Below are positions 50,890 to 60,980 of a DNA stretch of 64,000 nt, in pieces (the stretch's first letter is position 1; every line of letters starts with the position of its first letter). The position numbers and the translations under genes are program-made. Source of the DNA: Octopus bimaculoides (Eukaryota); contig NC_068985.1 in NCBI RefSeq assembly GCF_001194135.2, positions 94,701,647 to 94,765,646 on the forward strand, read 5' to 3'. Below the pieces are notes generated by a model. The model had not been told where the DNA came from and searched no databases. It worked only from the letters and a program-made list of their open reading frames with translations.

Positions 50890-51050
50890 ATACGAAGACA
50901 GGTGGTGAAGAAGACAAACAGATGTATTAGTATAACGCTCGGGAAGTGAAGAAGTCTTTAACGTTTCGAGCCTACGCTCTTCCACAAAAAAGAACACGGA
51001 AAGAAGCAAGGAGAGAAAAAAAGAATGTGTATTGGCCGAATCACTAGAAT
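50890..51050 (-). mobile_element. Penelope-type pLTR-like fragment with degenerate HHR-like motif (50954-50993)
   Basis: Minus strand: tttt-TTGTGGA-a-GAGC-gtag-GCTC-GAAA-CG-TT-aaag. Confidence 0.4.
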
Positions 51051-51149
51051 GTCAGTATTTATACCGGCTGTTTAGGTTTTAAGTTCAAATTCTAGGGATA
51101 TTGTTTTTCCTCTTGCAGTGTTGATCGATATCATGGACCTTAGTTGATA

Positions 51150-51400
51150 TGCCGACGGGTATATCGCGTAGTGGTTAAGAGCGCAGCCTACTAGCCCCAA
51201 GATTCGAGTTCGATTCCAGGCAGTGACCTGAACATTAACGATAATAATAATGATAACATCGAAAAAATACCTTAGGAATGAGAATCCAGGTTCGAAATTT
51301 CCCCAAGACACCTGAAGAAGGCTGGAGGGTATATCAGCTGAAACGTTGTGTTAACAACAAACAAGATGAGGACAAATATCCGTCGAATGTAAATAACGTA
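51150..51400 (+). mobile_element. tRNA-headed short element carrying an HHR motif
   Basis: A-box-like tcgcgtagtgg, B-box gagttcgattcc, (AAT)n spacer, then HHR at 51307-51352. Confidence 0.65.
51307..51352 (+). ncRNA. Minimal type I hammerhead ribozyme motif
   Basis: Stem I GACAC/GTGTT, CTGAAGA, A, stem II GGCTG/CAGCT, GAAA, palindromic A-CG-T, cleavage nucleotide T51347. Confidence 0.65.
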
Positions 51401-52579
51401 ACTAATGCTTAGTCGATGATATCGACAAAATTAAAAGATTGTTTTTAACCTGTTTAATTAGCCATTATTCGTACCAATGTTGTTGTTGGTGCTGCTAGTG
51501 GTATTGTTGTTGTGAGTCAGATGCGTACACTGGATTCTTACTATCAACAACTATTATCGAATGTTTCGTTAACATTCAGAACTCATTTAAATGTTTGATA
51601 ATTGATAAAGCTGTTTTGACATCACGGTGGTCTTTTCTCACGCTACCACCATACCATAACACCATAGTTCTCTGTCCTTTTCACCCTGAGTTTAAAACTA
51701 TCGGCATCACGTCATGCGTACACATGTTTCACACTGTCACTCCAAAATTTTCTTTAATCGGTTTTTCTACTGTCACGTCAAATGAATATAAGATAACCCT
51801 TTATTGAAAGAGAAACGTATGACCTTGCAGACATGAACTTTGGTTTACATTACCACTGTCAGTTGTTATATTTCTTTCCCTTCCAGTCGTGCAATTGTCT
51901 GTTGGAAATTTTCTGCATTAAAGTTACAGAAATATAATTGATAGCAGCAACAATATAAAATTGATATGAATTAAATTAACATTGGATAAAAGCCTCTAAA
52001 TGCATTATCGAAAATAAAATAATTAAAATAACACTGACGGACTTCACTGTTTTGCCATCAAATAATGTCTGAGCTGGAAGTGACATCTGACATTTGAAAA
52101 AAAAAATGTAGAAAAAAATATCTATAATTTCTAAAATGGTTTTAAACGATGCTCTTCAATAATTTTCACCAAAAAATCTAAGATATAATCAGATTGCATG
52201 TTATACTTGTGTGTGAGCTTCAGTCTGGTAATAACATTCGCACCATTTAACAGTCAGAGAGTATACTGAATTGTGAAATATAATCAGCATAAGGAATGTA
52301 CAGAATTACACACACAGACACACATACACACATACACACACATGATCGCGCGCACACACACGCAATCACACATTTAGACGTACACATATATATTACTTAC
52401 ATACATGCATATACACACACATACGCGCGCGCACACACACACATGTTATTATGCCTCTACGTGTGTGGGTGAATAAAACATAGACAAATAAATATTTTAA
52501 TGGAGGCATGATGCTGTTGGTACTTTGAGGCATCGAATTTCTCAGAAAACTTTCAGATATATATTATCTTATTTTATTC

Positions 52580-52783
52580 TTTTACTCTTTTATTTGTTTC
52601 AGTCGTTTGACTGCAGCCATACTGGAACATCGCTTCTAGTCGAACAAACCGATCCCAGGACTTATTCTTTGTAAGCCTTGTACTTATTCTATCGGTCCTT
52701 TTTGCTGAACCGTTCAGTTACGGGGACGTAAACAACCCAACATCGGTTGTGAAGTGATAGTGGGGGACTAACACAGACGCAAA

Positions 52784-52790
<7 letters not shown>
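52580..52790 (-). mobile_element. SINE family A, 3' half, followed by (GA)n
   Basis: tgtttcagtcgtttgactgcagccat...gacttattctttgtaagcc...gttacggggacgtaaac. Confidence 0.8.
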
Positions 52791-52830
<40 letters not shown>

Positions 52831-53043
52831 TTGTTTTCAATCTCTGGGCGAGAGATATACAGTAACAGTACTGAATAGTAAAGGTTATTTGCCAACATTA
52901 TGTGGCAGTCCTATAAAGGACGATGTAACTGTTATTTAGCTCAAGGAAAACATCTTTTCCAGTTCGCTACCGACACACACTTTGTGCCCGTATAGCATAT
53001 GCAAGGGAGGTCATCGCTCCCGTCTTTATCCTTACTTGATACA

Positions 53044-53084
53044 CACAGACCTAGGTTTCTGGATAGTTACTCGTCCTCAGTGTG
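53044..53084 (-). ncRNA. Minimal type I hammerhead motif, core intact, stem II weakened
   Basis: CACA-CTGAGGA-C-GAG-taacta-TCC-A-GAAA-CCTAGG-TC-TGTG; perfect palindrome ACCTAGGT, GTC triplet. Confidence 0.68.
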
Positions 53085-53469
53085 GGGGCGCAATGGCCCA
53101 GTGGTTAGGATCACGGTTTCGATTCCCAGATCGGGCGTTGTGAGTGTTTATTGAGCGAAAACACCTAAAGGTCCACGAGGCTCCGGTAGGTGTGTTGGTG
53201 GTGAACCCTACTGTACTCTTCCACCACAACATTCTCTCACTCTATCTTCCTGTTTCTGTTGTACCTGTATTTCAAAGGCCAGTCTTGTCACACTCTGTAT
53301 CACGCTGAATCTCCCCCGAGAATTACGTCAAGAGTACACGTATCTGTGGAGTGCTCAGTCACTTGCACGTTAATTTCACAAGCTGGCCGTTCCGTTGATC
53401 GGATCAACTGGAATCCTCGTCGTAGTAACCGACGGAGTGCCAAGCATGCAAGCAACCAACCAACCAACC
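53085..53469 (+). mobile_element. SINE family C with (CAAC)n tail and 13-bp TSD
   Basis: TSD cgtcctcagtgtg (53072-53084) / cgccctcagtgtg (53470-53482); body matches 11920-12346. Confidence 0.9.
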
Positions 53470-53781
53470 CGCCCTCAGTGTGAAACAATCACCAGTTAAT
53501 GATAAAGGCTCTCTTCACTTGCAAATACTATATATTTTTTAAGCGACACACAGAGTCGCTGATCTCGTAAAGAGAAAAACAACTTGTTTTAAATCTCTGA
53601 ACGAGAAATATACCGCAACAGTACCAAATAGTAAAGTTTATTTGCCAACATAATGTGGCAGCCCCATGCAAGTAGCATGTTACTGTTATTTAGCTCCAGG
53701 AAAACATATTTTCCATTTGCCTACCGGCACACAGTTTATGCCCGTAGAGTAAGGGAGGTCATCGCTCCCAACTCTAGCATT

Positions 53782-53820
<39 letters not shown>

Positions 53821-53904
53821 NNNNNNNNNNNNNNNNNNNNNNNNNNNNNNNNNNNNNNNNNNNNNNNNNNNNNNNNNNNNNNNNNNNNNNNNNNNNNACA
53901 TGAG

Positions 53905-53945
<41 letters not shown>

Positions 53946-54435
53946 TTCTGTGCGTGTGTGCCTGTGTCTGTGCGTCTGTGTGTTTGTGTTTGTGTATAAG
54001 TAACAATATATGGTTTCAAGTCATCTGGTAGTATTCATAAAAAAAATTCCTTAATGTATCATTCTACAAAACGTATGGAATATATAGTTTGATAAACGAG
54101 AAATCGATAAGGAATGTATAAAGTCAAAAATAACGTACAAATAGTTTGATGAAATTTTATTTAATAAGAAAATTCAAATATCGCAACAAATTGTTTCGTA
54201 AGTTAAAAACGTGTAAATAGTTTATATTTTTATACTCAATAATAAATATATTTCCTACATATCTGCATTAATGCAAAATGCAAAAAGTCTTTCAAAGGTA
54301 TTTAAGTTATGTCCTCAGGTGAAAGAAAGTCTTTATTAAATACTAAATTCTTGACCTAAAATTACAAGAACATGAAGTTTATATTTAAAAGATTATTGAA
54401 GACAATAATAATAAAACTGATATAAAAATAATCCT

Positions 54436-54647
54436 TTTTACTATAGGCACACAGCTTGGAATTTGAGGGCGGTGGATAATCGATTGCATCAACCACAGTG
54501 TTGTACTGGTACTTAATTTATCGACCCCGAACGGATGAAAGACAAAGTCGATCTCGGCGGTATTTGAACTCACAGTTTTGCGACAGGCGAAATACCGCTA
54601 AGCATTTCTTTCTGCGTGCTAACGATTATGCCAGCTCGCCGCCTTAA
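54436..54647 (-). mobile_element. SINE family B
   Basis: ctggtacttaatttatcgaccccgaacggatgaaagacaaagtcga...gctaacgattatgccagctcgccgcctt. Confidence 0.85.
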
Positions 54648-54689
54648 AAGTGATATAAAGTAATGAGACGATTGTTTAACACACACAAG

Positions 54690-54725
<36 letters not shown>

Positions 54726-54727
<2 letters not shown>

Positions 54728-54880
54728 CGTTCTGAATTCAAATTCCGCCGAGGTCGACTTTGCCTTTCATCCTTCGGAGTCGATAAATTAAGTACAAGTT
54801 GCGTACTAGAGTCAATCTAATCGACTGGCCCCTTCCCCAAAAATTCGGGTCTTGAGCCTACAATGGAAAAAGATTATTAT
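54726..54880 (+). mobile_element. SINE family B, 5'-truncated
   Basis: gttctgaattcaaattccgccgaggtcgactttgcctttcatccttcggagtcgataaattaagtac. Confidence 0.85.
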
Positions 54881-55416
54881 ACTGAGAATAGATGATAATA
54901 GCTATACTTCAAAATTTGATAAACTCTCAAATAGTTTCCAACAATAATACTATACAATTCTACACGATGTCTATGTCCAAAATGATAAATTCTTATACAT
55001 AGACATAGAGTTTTTTTTTATATATGTCAAATAGGTATTTTTTTTAATGTTTTACTATACTAGGAAAGAGCTTCTAAGTACATTCATAACAGGAATTATT
55101 ATCTCGAAAACATGGCTTCTTATTTTGTGTCTGATTGTTTCAAGATTATGTTCGCTTATTCGAGACGAAAGTAAATAAAGCACGTTACTGTGTTTTATTA
55201 TTCATTATGTGAAATGCAAGTCTGTAGATATTAAGTTAAAGGCAGGAACAATTCTGATAGACATAATGTCTAGCTTCTTGTGGAGAATTACAAATATCAC
55301 CACTGGCTTGGGTTTTCTTATCTTGTGAAATATCGAAGAATATAAAATAATAAAAATAATCACGTCTAAGTCGGTAGATGCAATTATACATATCACCCGC
55401 AATCTCCCAAACTATA

Positions 55417-55636
55417 CAGCAATCCCTCGCTATATCACGGTTCACCTATCGCAGTTTATTATTTAAGTTTACGTCGATTCCTTCATGGTGTTGTTCTGCA
55501 TTTACAATAAATTAAATATATAAATTATAAGAATAATAACGAAATTATACAGTACAGAACTGTTTCTACTTCGCGGGTTTTCACCTATCACGGGCGGTTT
55601 TGGAACGTAACACCCGCGATAGTCGAGGGATTACTG
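55417..55636. mobile_element. pogo/Tigger-type MITE
   Basis: Imperfect TIRs cagcaatccctcgctatatcacgg / ccgcgatagtcgagggattactg; TA on the left, CA on the right. Confidence 0.65.
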
Positions 55637-55829
55637 CATTTTGTATCTGCTTTTAACTGGATCACAAGTGTTGACTGCAAATATATGGTTTTTGTGTGTT
55701 TAAAATGTGCTCTGGAGAAAATAGTATTAGATGAGAATTAATGTTCGCTGGTTCGAATCCGAAACATAGTTTTAATGCATTTATTCAGCTTCTAGATTAT
55801 TGGTCTGAAAGTGATATATATATATTTTT

Positions 55830-56435
55830 CTTTGCTCTTAGGTTCATGGGGTCGAATAGAATGGTTGGCAGGTGATTGTCACCGCTATATCTGTAGGCTT
55901 CGATATGGTTCATTTAGCGGCATCAGCTTTTTAGCATTTGCTGCTTCACATGGCAGAGGGCGTTATTGTCTTAGATTAATGGACACCGAATGCTTACAGT
56001 GCTGACGAAAGTTTCGCTGAAGTAACCACACTTGGTTGTGGTGAATTAAAATTTGATGTTGCTAGGCTGGATTGCAAGCACAGACGGGGTTAATTACTGT
56101 GCAGTTGAATAGGGAGCAGGGAAACTGATGGTGGTATATATTGTTTGTCAGCTGTCTGAGATTAGAATTTTGTCAAAAGGAACTATCCCTGATGACAGAA
56201 ATAAGTTAGTTCCTTCTTCCTGTTGGTAGACAGCAGCAGCTGGTGAAGTATGTGTAGTTTCTAGCAAAGGCAGATTTGGTACTCGTGTGTTTTAGGTGAG
56301 TGCAGAGAGACCTTGTCAATAATACTCTATTCGATATTGTTGAAGTCATTCTGGTAGGCATGGAATCTCCAGAAAAATGGGACAGTGGGGTGGAATATTC
56401 TCTATCAATGTCCCAGAAGAACTCCATATGCATGT
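55830..56435 (-). mobile_element. Possible Penelope-like element relic (RT thumb region and downstream)
   Basis: HMEFFWDIDREYSTPL resembles PLE FTWDIS..SIPFLD; weak YFSET downstream. Confidence 0.3.
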
Positions 56436-56460
56436 ACAGCTTATGTACCTATAATAAATG

Positions 56461-56590
56461 GCAGGTATACTCATGTAGTGTCTTGTATTGCCATCGGACG
56501 ATGTGAGGTTGGTTCAATAAACCTCATCCCTTGAGAGGCAGATGCCGTTCAGTGGACATTCGTTCGGGTTTCGAATGTCACAAGATGAGG
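56461..56590 (-). mobile_element. Penelope-like GIY-YIG endonuclease relic
   Basis: SCDIRNPNECPLNGICLSRDEVY*TNLTSSDGNTRHYMS matches the PLE pattern CxCR..CPLxGxCL..VY....YIG. Confidence 0.7.
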
Positions 56591-57499
56591 TGTTCATTGG
56601 AAGCTGTGTATATGTGTGTATGTGTATGTGCGTGTGCGTTAGTGTGTGTGTTAGTGTGTGTGTGTACGTACATACATACATAAACATATATTGATTTCTT
56701 TTTATTAAAAGGAGGAAATGCACTGTATTTTATATAAAGGGGACTGCAGATTGTGACGTCGATGCATTTATGTTGTACTTTAAATACGTTGTGGAGATGT
56801 GTCAGCACTTCGCGAAATTATTATGGTTTGGTAACTTGCAATTCTGTCATCAAATTGTTAAGCATTCAAATGACTGAATGTATTTGAAAAAATCATATTC
56901 AGACATTAAGTGAATAAACATTTAATAGATCCAGCAAACTGTTATTTCTTGGAGACATAATATTATATTCTATTAACTGGCGACACATTGTAACATTCAG
57001 AGAAATTTAAATTGCTATCACACTGAGATAAATATTAATATGTTAATTTGTATATAACAACGACTTCTGCTTATTGATAGCCGCAAGAGTTCTGATTTAA
57101 TAACATTCAGCTGATACATAATTGCTGTTATCTGATACGATAGGATTCAGTAATTAATATAGAAGTTTGTGCTACGACATTGAAAACCAAGATGTGAATC
57201 ATTATTTATCTCAGCTAGAATCTGATAAAATTTGAAACTGCCTTAAAGTATCAGGCAACAAATGTTTCGATTTTTTCTTCTAGACGACAACTTCAGTTTT
57301 TCTCAGCTTCTGTAACAGAGTTCGAAATATACAGCAAACACAGGTATGATCAAAATTCACGTACGAATTCTTGGTTCATTTTGAAGAAGTTATATGTGAG
57401 ACTGCAACAAACGTTCTTTGTTGATAATTTTACTCAATATATCTCAAGGATTCATGAAATACATTTTTGTATAATATGGAAACATTGAAATGTTATTCT

Positions 57500-58420
57500 T
57501 TTCCTTCTTTTCGAGGGAATACACAACTGTCTCCATGATAAGGGATATATTTGCGCCGTCGATGAATCCATCTCTCAAAATCACCTTTGAAAAAATTTCA
57601 GATGTCTCCTGTGGTAGCCAGACCTTCACGTACACTTTCACATCGTTTGTGTTATCGGATCTTTGTCATCAGTAACGAATCTTCAATGGACTAAATCAGT
57701 GGGAATTTTTGAACGCCAGATACTAACTGAACGATAGACGGGTTACTCTACCAGCTCAAATTGGCGATTGGCTGATTTGTGGCCAAAAATATGTGTGATG
57801 TCGTGTTGTGGCGGTAAATATGTCTCCTTTTTACATTCTTCTTCGGTTTCATCCGTAGGGATTTTGAGTGTTTCAAACCACAGGTCGTTGTTCAGGGTAC
57901 AGCCACATTCAAAACAATCAAAACAGCTACACTCTTGTAATTACCAATGCAGTTATCATGACTTCCTTCAACGTTCATTAGCTTTTGAAATACTTAGAAA
58001 ATGTGTGACGTCAGTCCATAGACTAATCTTTCATTTCTGGAATATAACTGCCCAATCACGCTTCAGCATCTCTTACCACATTGGATGAAGTGGTTTTATT
58101 CATTGGCTTCAATAACTTGCAGCAAAGAAGACTGCCACCCATCTATCCTTCAAATAGATATCAACAATTTGCACACACTTTCCGATACAAAAGATTTCCA
58201 ACTTTGTAGGTAATGTATTGTGGACACAGTATAGTTGTGCAGTCACCTCAAGAATTGCGACTCGTTTGTTCGCGAGAATGAAATCATTCAGTGGCTGGTC
58301 ATTCATATCAGTGATCGTAGTTGATGGACTTCCACAGTGTTGCTTGTCTTCAATGCCAGATTGCTGTCCGTTTAAAATTCTTGATCGCTCTGTACACATT
58401 CATTTTGTTAATGATCATTC
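57500..58420 (-). mobile_element. Decayed mariner transposase
   Basis: GIEDKQHCGSPSTT..FILANKRVAILEV (HTH), VVRDAEA*LGSYIPEMKD*SMD*RH (TGDETW..SMEW region), DVKVYVKVWL..FS and HGD near the C-terminus. Confidence 0.7.
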
Positions 58421-59746
58421 CCGTAAGCAATTTGTGATCACCAGACGGCCTACATGCCTCCTTCATTTCATAAATTCAATGATGGCAGGTCGCTTTTGGC
58501 TTGAAGCCTTTTATTTGCTTGCAATGAAGACGAAGAAATGTTATCATAGACAAATGCTTTCTCAACTAAGACGTGCAACTAGAACGATCTGTGCCAGTGA
58601 ATAAAAACTGTTATGCCTACTTTTGCATTTCTATTAAGACATTCCTCGAACGCATATACGTTAGTGTATCTGTGTGTGCGTGCGTGCATGTGCGTGTGTG
58701 TGTTTGTGCGTGCGTGTGTGTGTATATATATGTAGATATGTATGTATACTGAAATTCATACATATATAGTGGCTCAAGTCGCTTAACGTGTGTTTGGTAT
58801 TAGCGTATCTAACTATCATAACTGCCAAAACAACTTATATTAATAAAATGCATTTCGTAGTTCGTTCTATATAAATGCATTGTATATTCACGTGGGAGTA
58901 TCAAACAGTTGTGTGCATTAAAACGTTTGCATTACTTATGCAAAAGATTTCTGGGAAAAACGACATTTAACATAAATGTCTGCTGTAGAGGGAAATGTGC
59001 TGTCAGTTATGATTATCTTGTCCCGAATTACACTAAATGAAATATAAATGTTTCTACAATATATGTCGTTTTCTAGGATAGTAAAGATTCTTTTGAAATT
59101 AAGAACGCAAATCACAAAACCTGTATGTTATATTAAACAGAGATGTATGTTTGTTATAACATACGCATTATTATATCCGGGAAAGAATGTGTTATATATG
59201 GATACGTACATACATACGCACATAGATACATACAGAAAGACAGACCACCCATACATATAGCCATCCATCCATCCATCCATCCATCCATATTAAGTAAAAC
59301 GGATAAATATGTAAAATACTAACATTTCATTGGGAAATACCAACGCTATCAGCCAAGGGAATTGCCAAACATTACAATTATACATTATATTAAAAAACGA
59401 AAAAGAAAAAAACGTTTTGAAAAGTTTATCTATGATAAAGTTTTCAATGCAGTTTGTTCTTTTTGAATATAAGTTTACAGGTGTGAAAGCAAACATTTGC
59501 ATATATATAAGTTTGTGTGTATGTGTGTGCGTATGTAACCGCACGTGGACTGTTGGCGATCTTTCCTTATTTTCCATTCTGTCTCTTTGGATTTTTCTGT
59601 TTCCGACAAAGATATATGCTCGAAATATTTACAACTCTCTCCCTTAAACGAGCGTCAAATTAACATATTTCATATGCACATCATCACGTTGTTTTTCTCC
59701 TTTTACTCTCTGTTTTATTTTTAACTGTTTGTTTATTTGAATAAAC

Positions 59747-59777
<31 letters not shown>

Positions 59778-60040
59778 TTATTCATTTATATTTATATAAA
59801 GGGCATTATTATAGAAAATAATAACGCCACACAGTGGACTTCTCAAAATAACCACATTTAGTACCTAATGCGAGGAAAAACAACCAACAGAAGACGACCA
59901 ACTTTCTTTTAAATAAACTTAACTGTGTATCGGCCGATTTTTCCTCGCATTAGGTACTAAATGTGGTTATTTTGAGAAGTCCACTGTATGGCGTTATTAT
60001 TTTCTGTAATAATGCCCTTTATATAAATATAAACGAATAA
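59778..60040. repeat. 103-bp inverted repeat with 57-bp spacer (foldback/MITE-like)
   Basis: Arms 59778-59880 and 59938-60040; 3 mismatches, all transitions. Confidence 0.95.
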
Positions 60041-60190
60041 TTATATTCTTGGGNNNNNNNNNNNNNNNNNNNNNNNNNNNNNNNNNNNNNNNNNNNNNNN
60101 NNNNNNNNNNNNNNNNNNNNNNNNNNNNNNNNNNNNNNNNNNNNNNNNNNNNNNNNNNNNNNNNNNNNNNNNNNNNNNNNNNNNNNNNNN

Positions 60191-60226
<36 letters not shown>

Positions 60227-60319
60227 TATGCATTTGTGTGCATGTGTATATATTCATACCCAAATATTTGTATATGTATAAGTAAATGAACAAATGAACT
60301 AGTTACAAAATAAGAGATG

Positions 60320-60815
60320 AAAACAGTAACTATACTGAGAAGTAATATCTACAATCCCTTCAACATGGCTATTCCAAAGAAGCCGACGGTACTACTATTT
60401 TGACAGCGGGAGAACCTCTTATCTAGCTGGTTATTGGATGCAGTCTGCACCCGATAGATATTGCAAGAAGGGGAGTGGACACCTACTATTTTCCAACCAC
60501 CAGGCCATACGGTTGATATCTCTTTGTGCTCATCTTCAATGGTGGATTCTCATCCGCTAGAGTTAACAGTAGCTCGATCCAGCTCACAATGTATAGTAAA
60601 TAAGTGACACCCAGTTACTGATCTTGCAACAAGCAAATTAGCTAGTTAGAAAATCTCTATAAGAGTTGAAAGCAGTAACTATACTGAGACGTAGTGTTTA
60701 TCGCCACCTCAAAATAGTTGTTCCGTAGGGACAACTGCTATATCTAGCGGACGCGTATTCCCCATTGAGGATGAGCACAAAAAACTCGAAACCGTACGGT
60801 CTGGTGATCAGGTGT
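60320..60815. mobile_element. Direct plus inverted repeat cluster with two HHR-like motifs (Penelope pLTR-like)
   Basis: gaaa.cagtaactatactgaga at about 60320 and 60668; inverted copy 60490-60630; HHR-like motifs at 60760-60806 (+) and 60497-60545 (-). Confidence 0.55.
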
Positions 60816-60980
60816 TCGTCGATTGTTTACGTTCCTGTAACCTAGCGGGTTGACAAAGAGAACGATAGAATAAGTACCCGACTTAAGAATATGTTCTGTA
60901 ATGGATTTGTTTCACTGGAAATCTTTCGAGGTGGTGCTCCATCATGGTAGAAGTCTAGTGAGTGGGAGCAGTGAAAGACA
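60815..60980 (+). mobile_element. SINE family A-related 3' half, degenerate
   Basis: tgtttacgttcctgtaacctagcgg...cgatagaataagtac...ggtggtgctccatcatgg. Confidence 0.6.

Larger units (their letters stand above)
52828..53790 (-). mobile_element. Head-to-tail tandem of family E monomers (about 355 bp), interrupted by a SINE C insertion
   Basis: aacttgtttt.aatctctg at 52828 and 53581 (period 753); insertion plus one TSD is 398 bp; HHR at 53044-53084. Confidence 0.75.

Noticed and set aside
51150-51230. Genuine tRNA gene (also the SINE heads at 12305-12346 and 14523-14588)
   Set aside because: No complete acceptor stem; heads continue into repeat bodies.
55995-56035. CTGACGA...GAAG hammerhead candidate (also CTGATGA at 14116, 19272 and 36518)
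   Set aside because: No GAAA in register or no closing stems.
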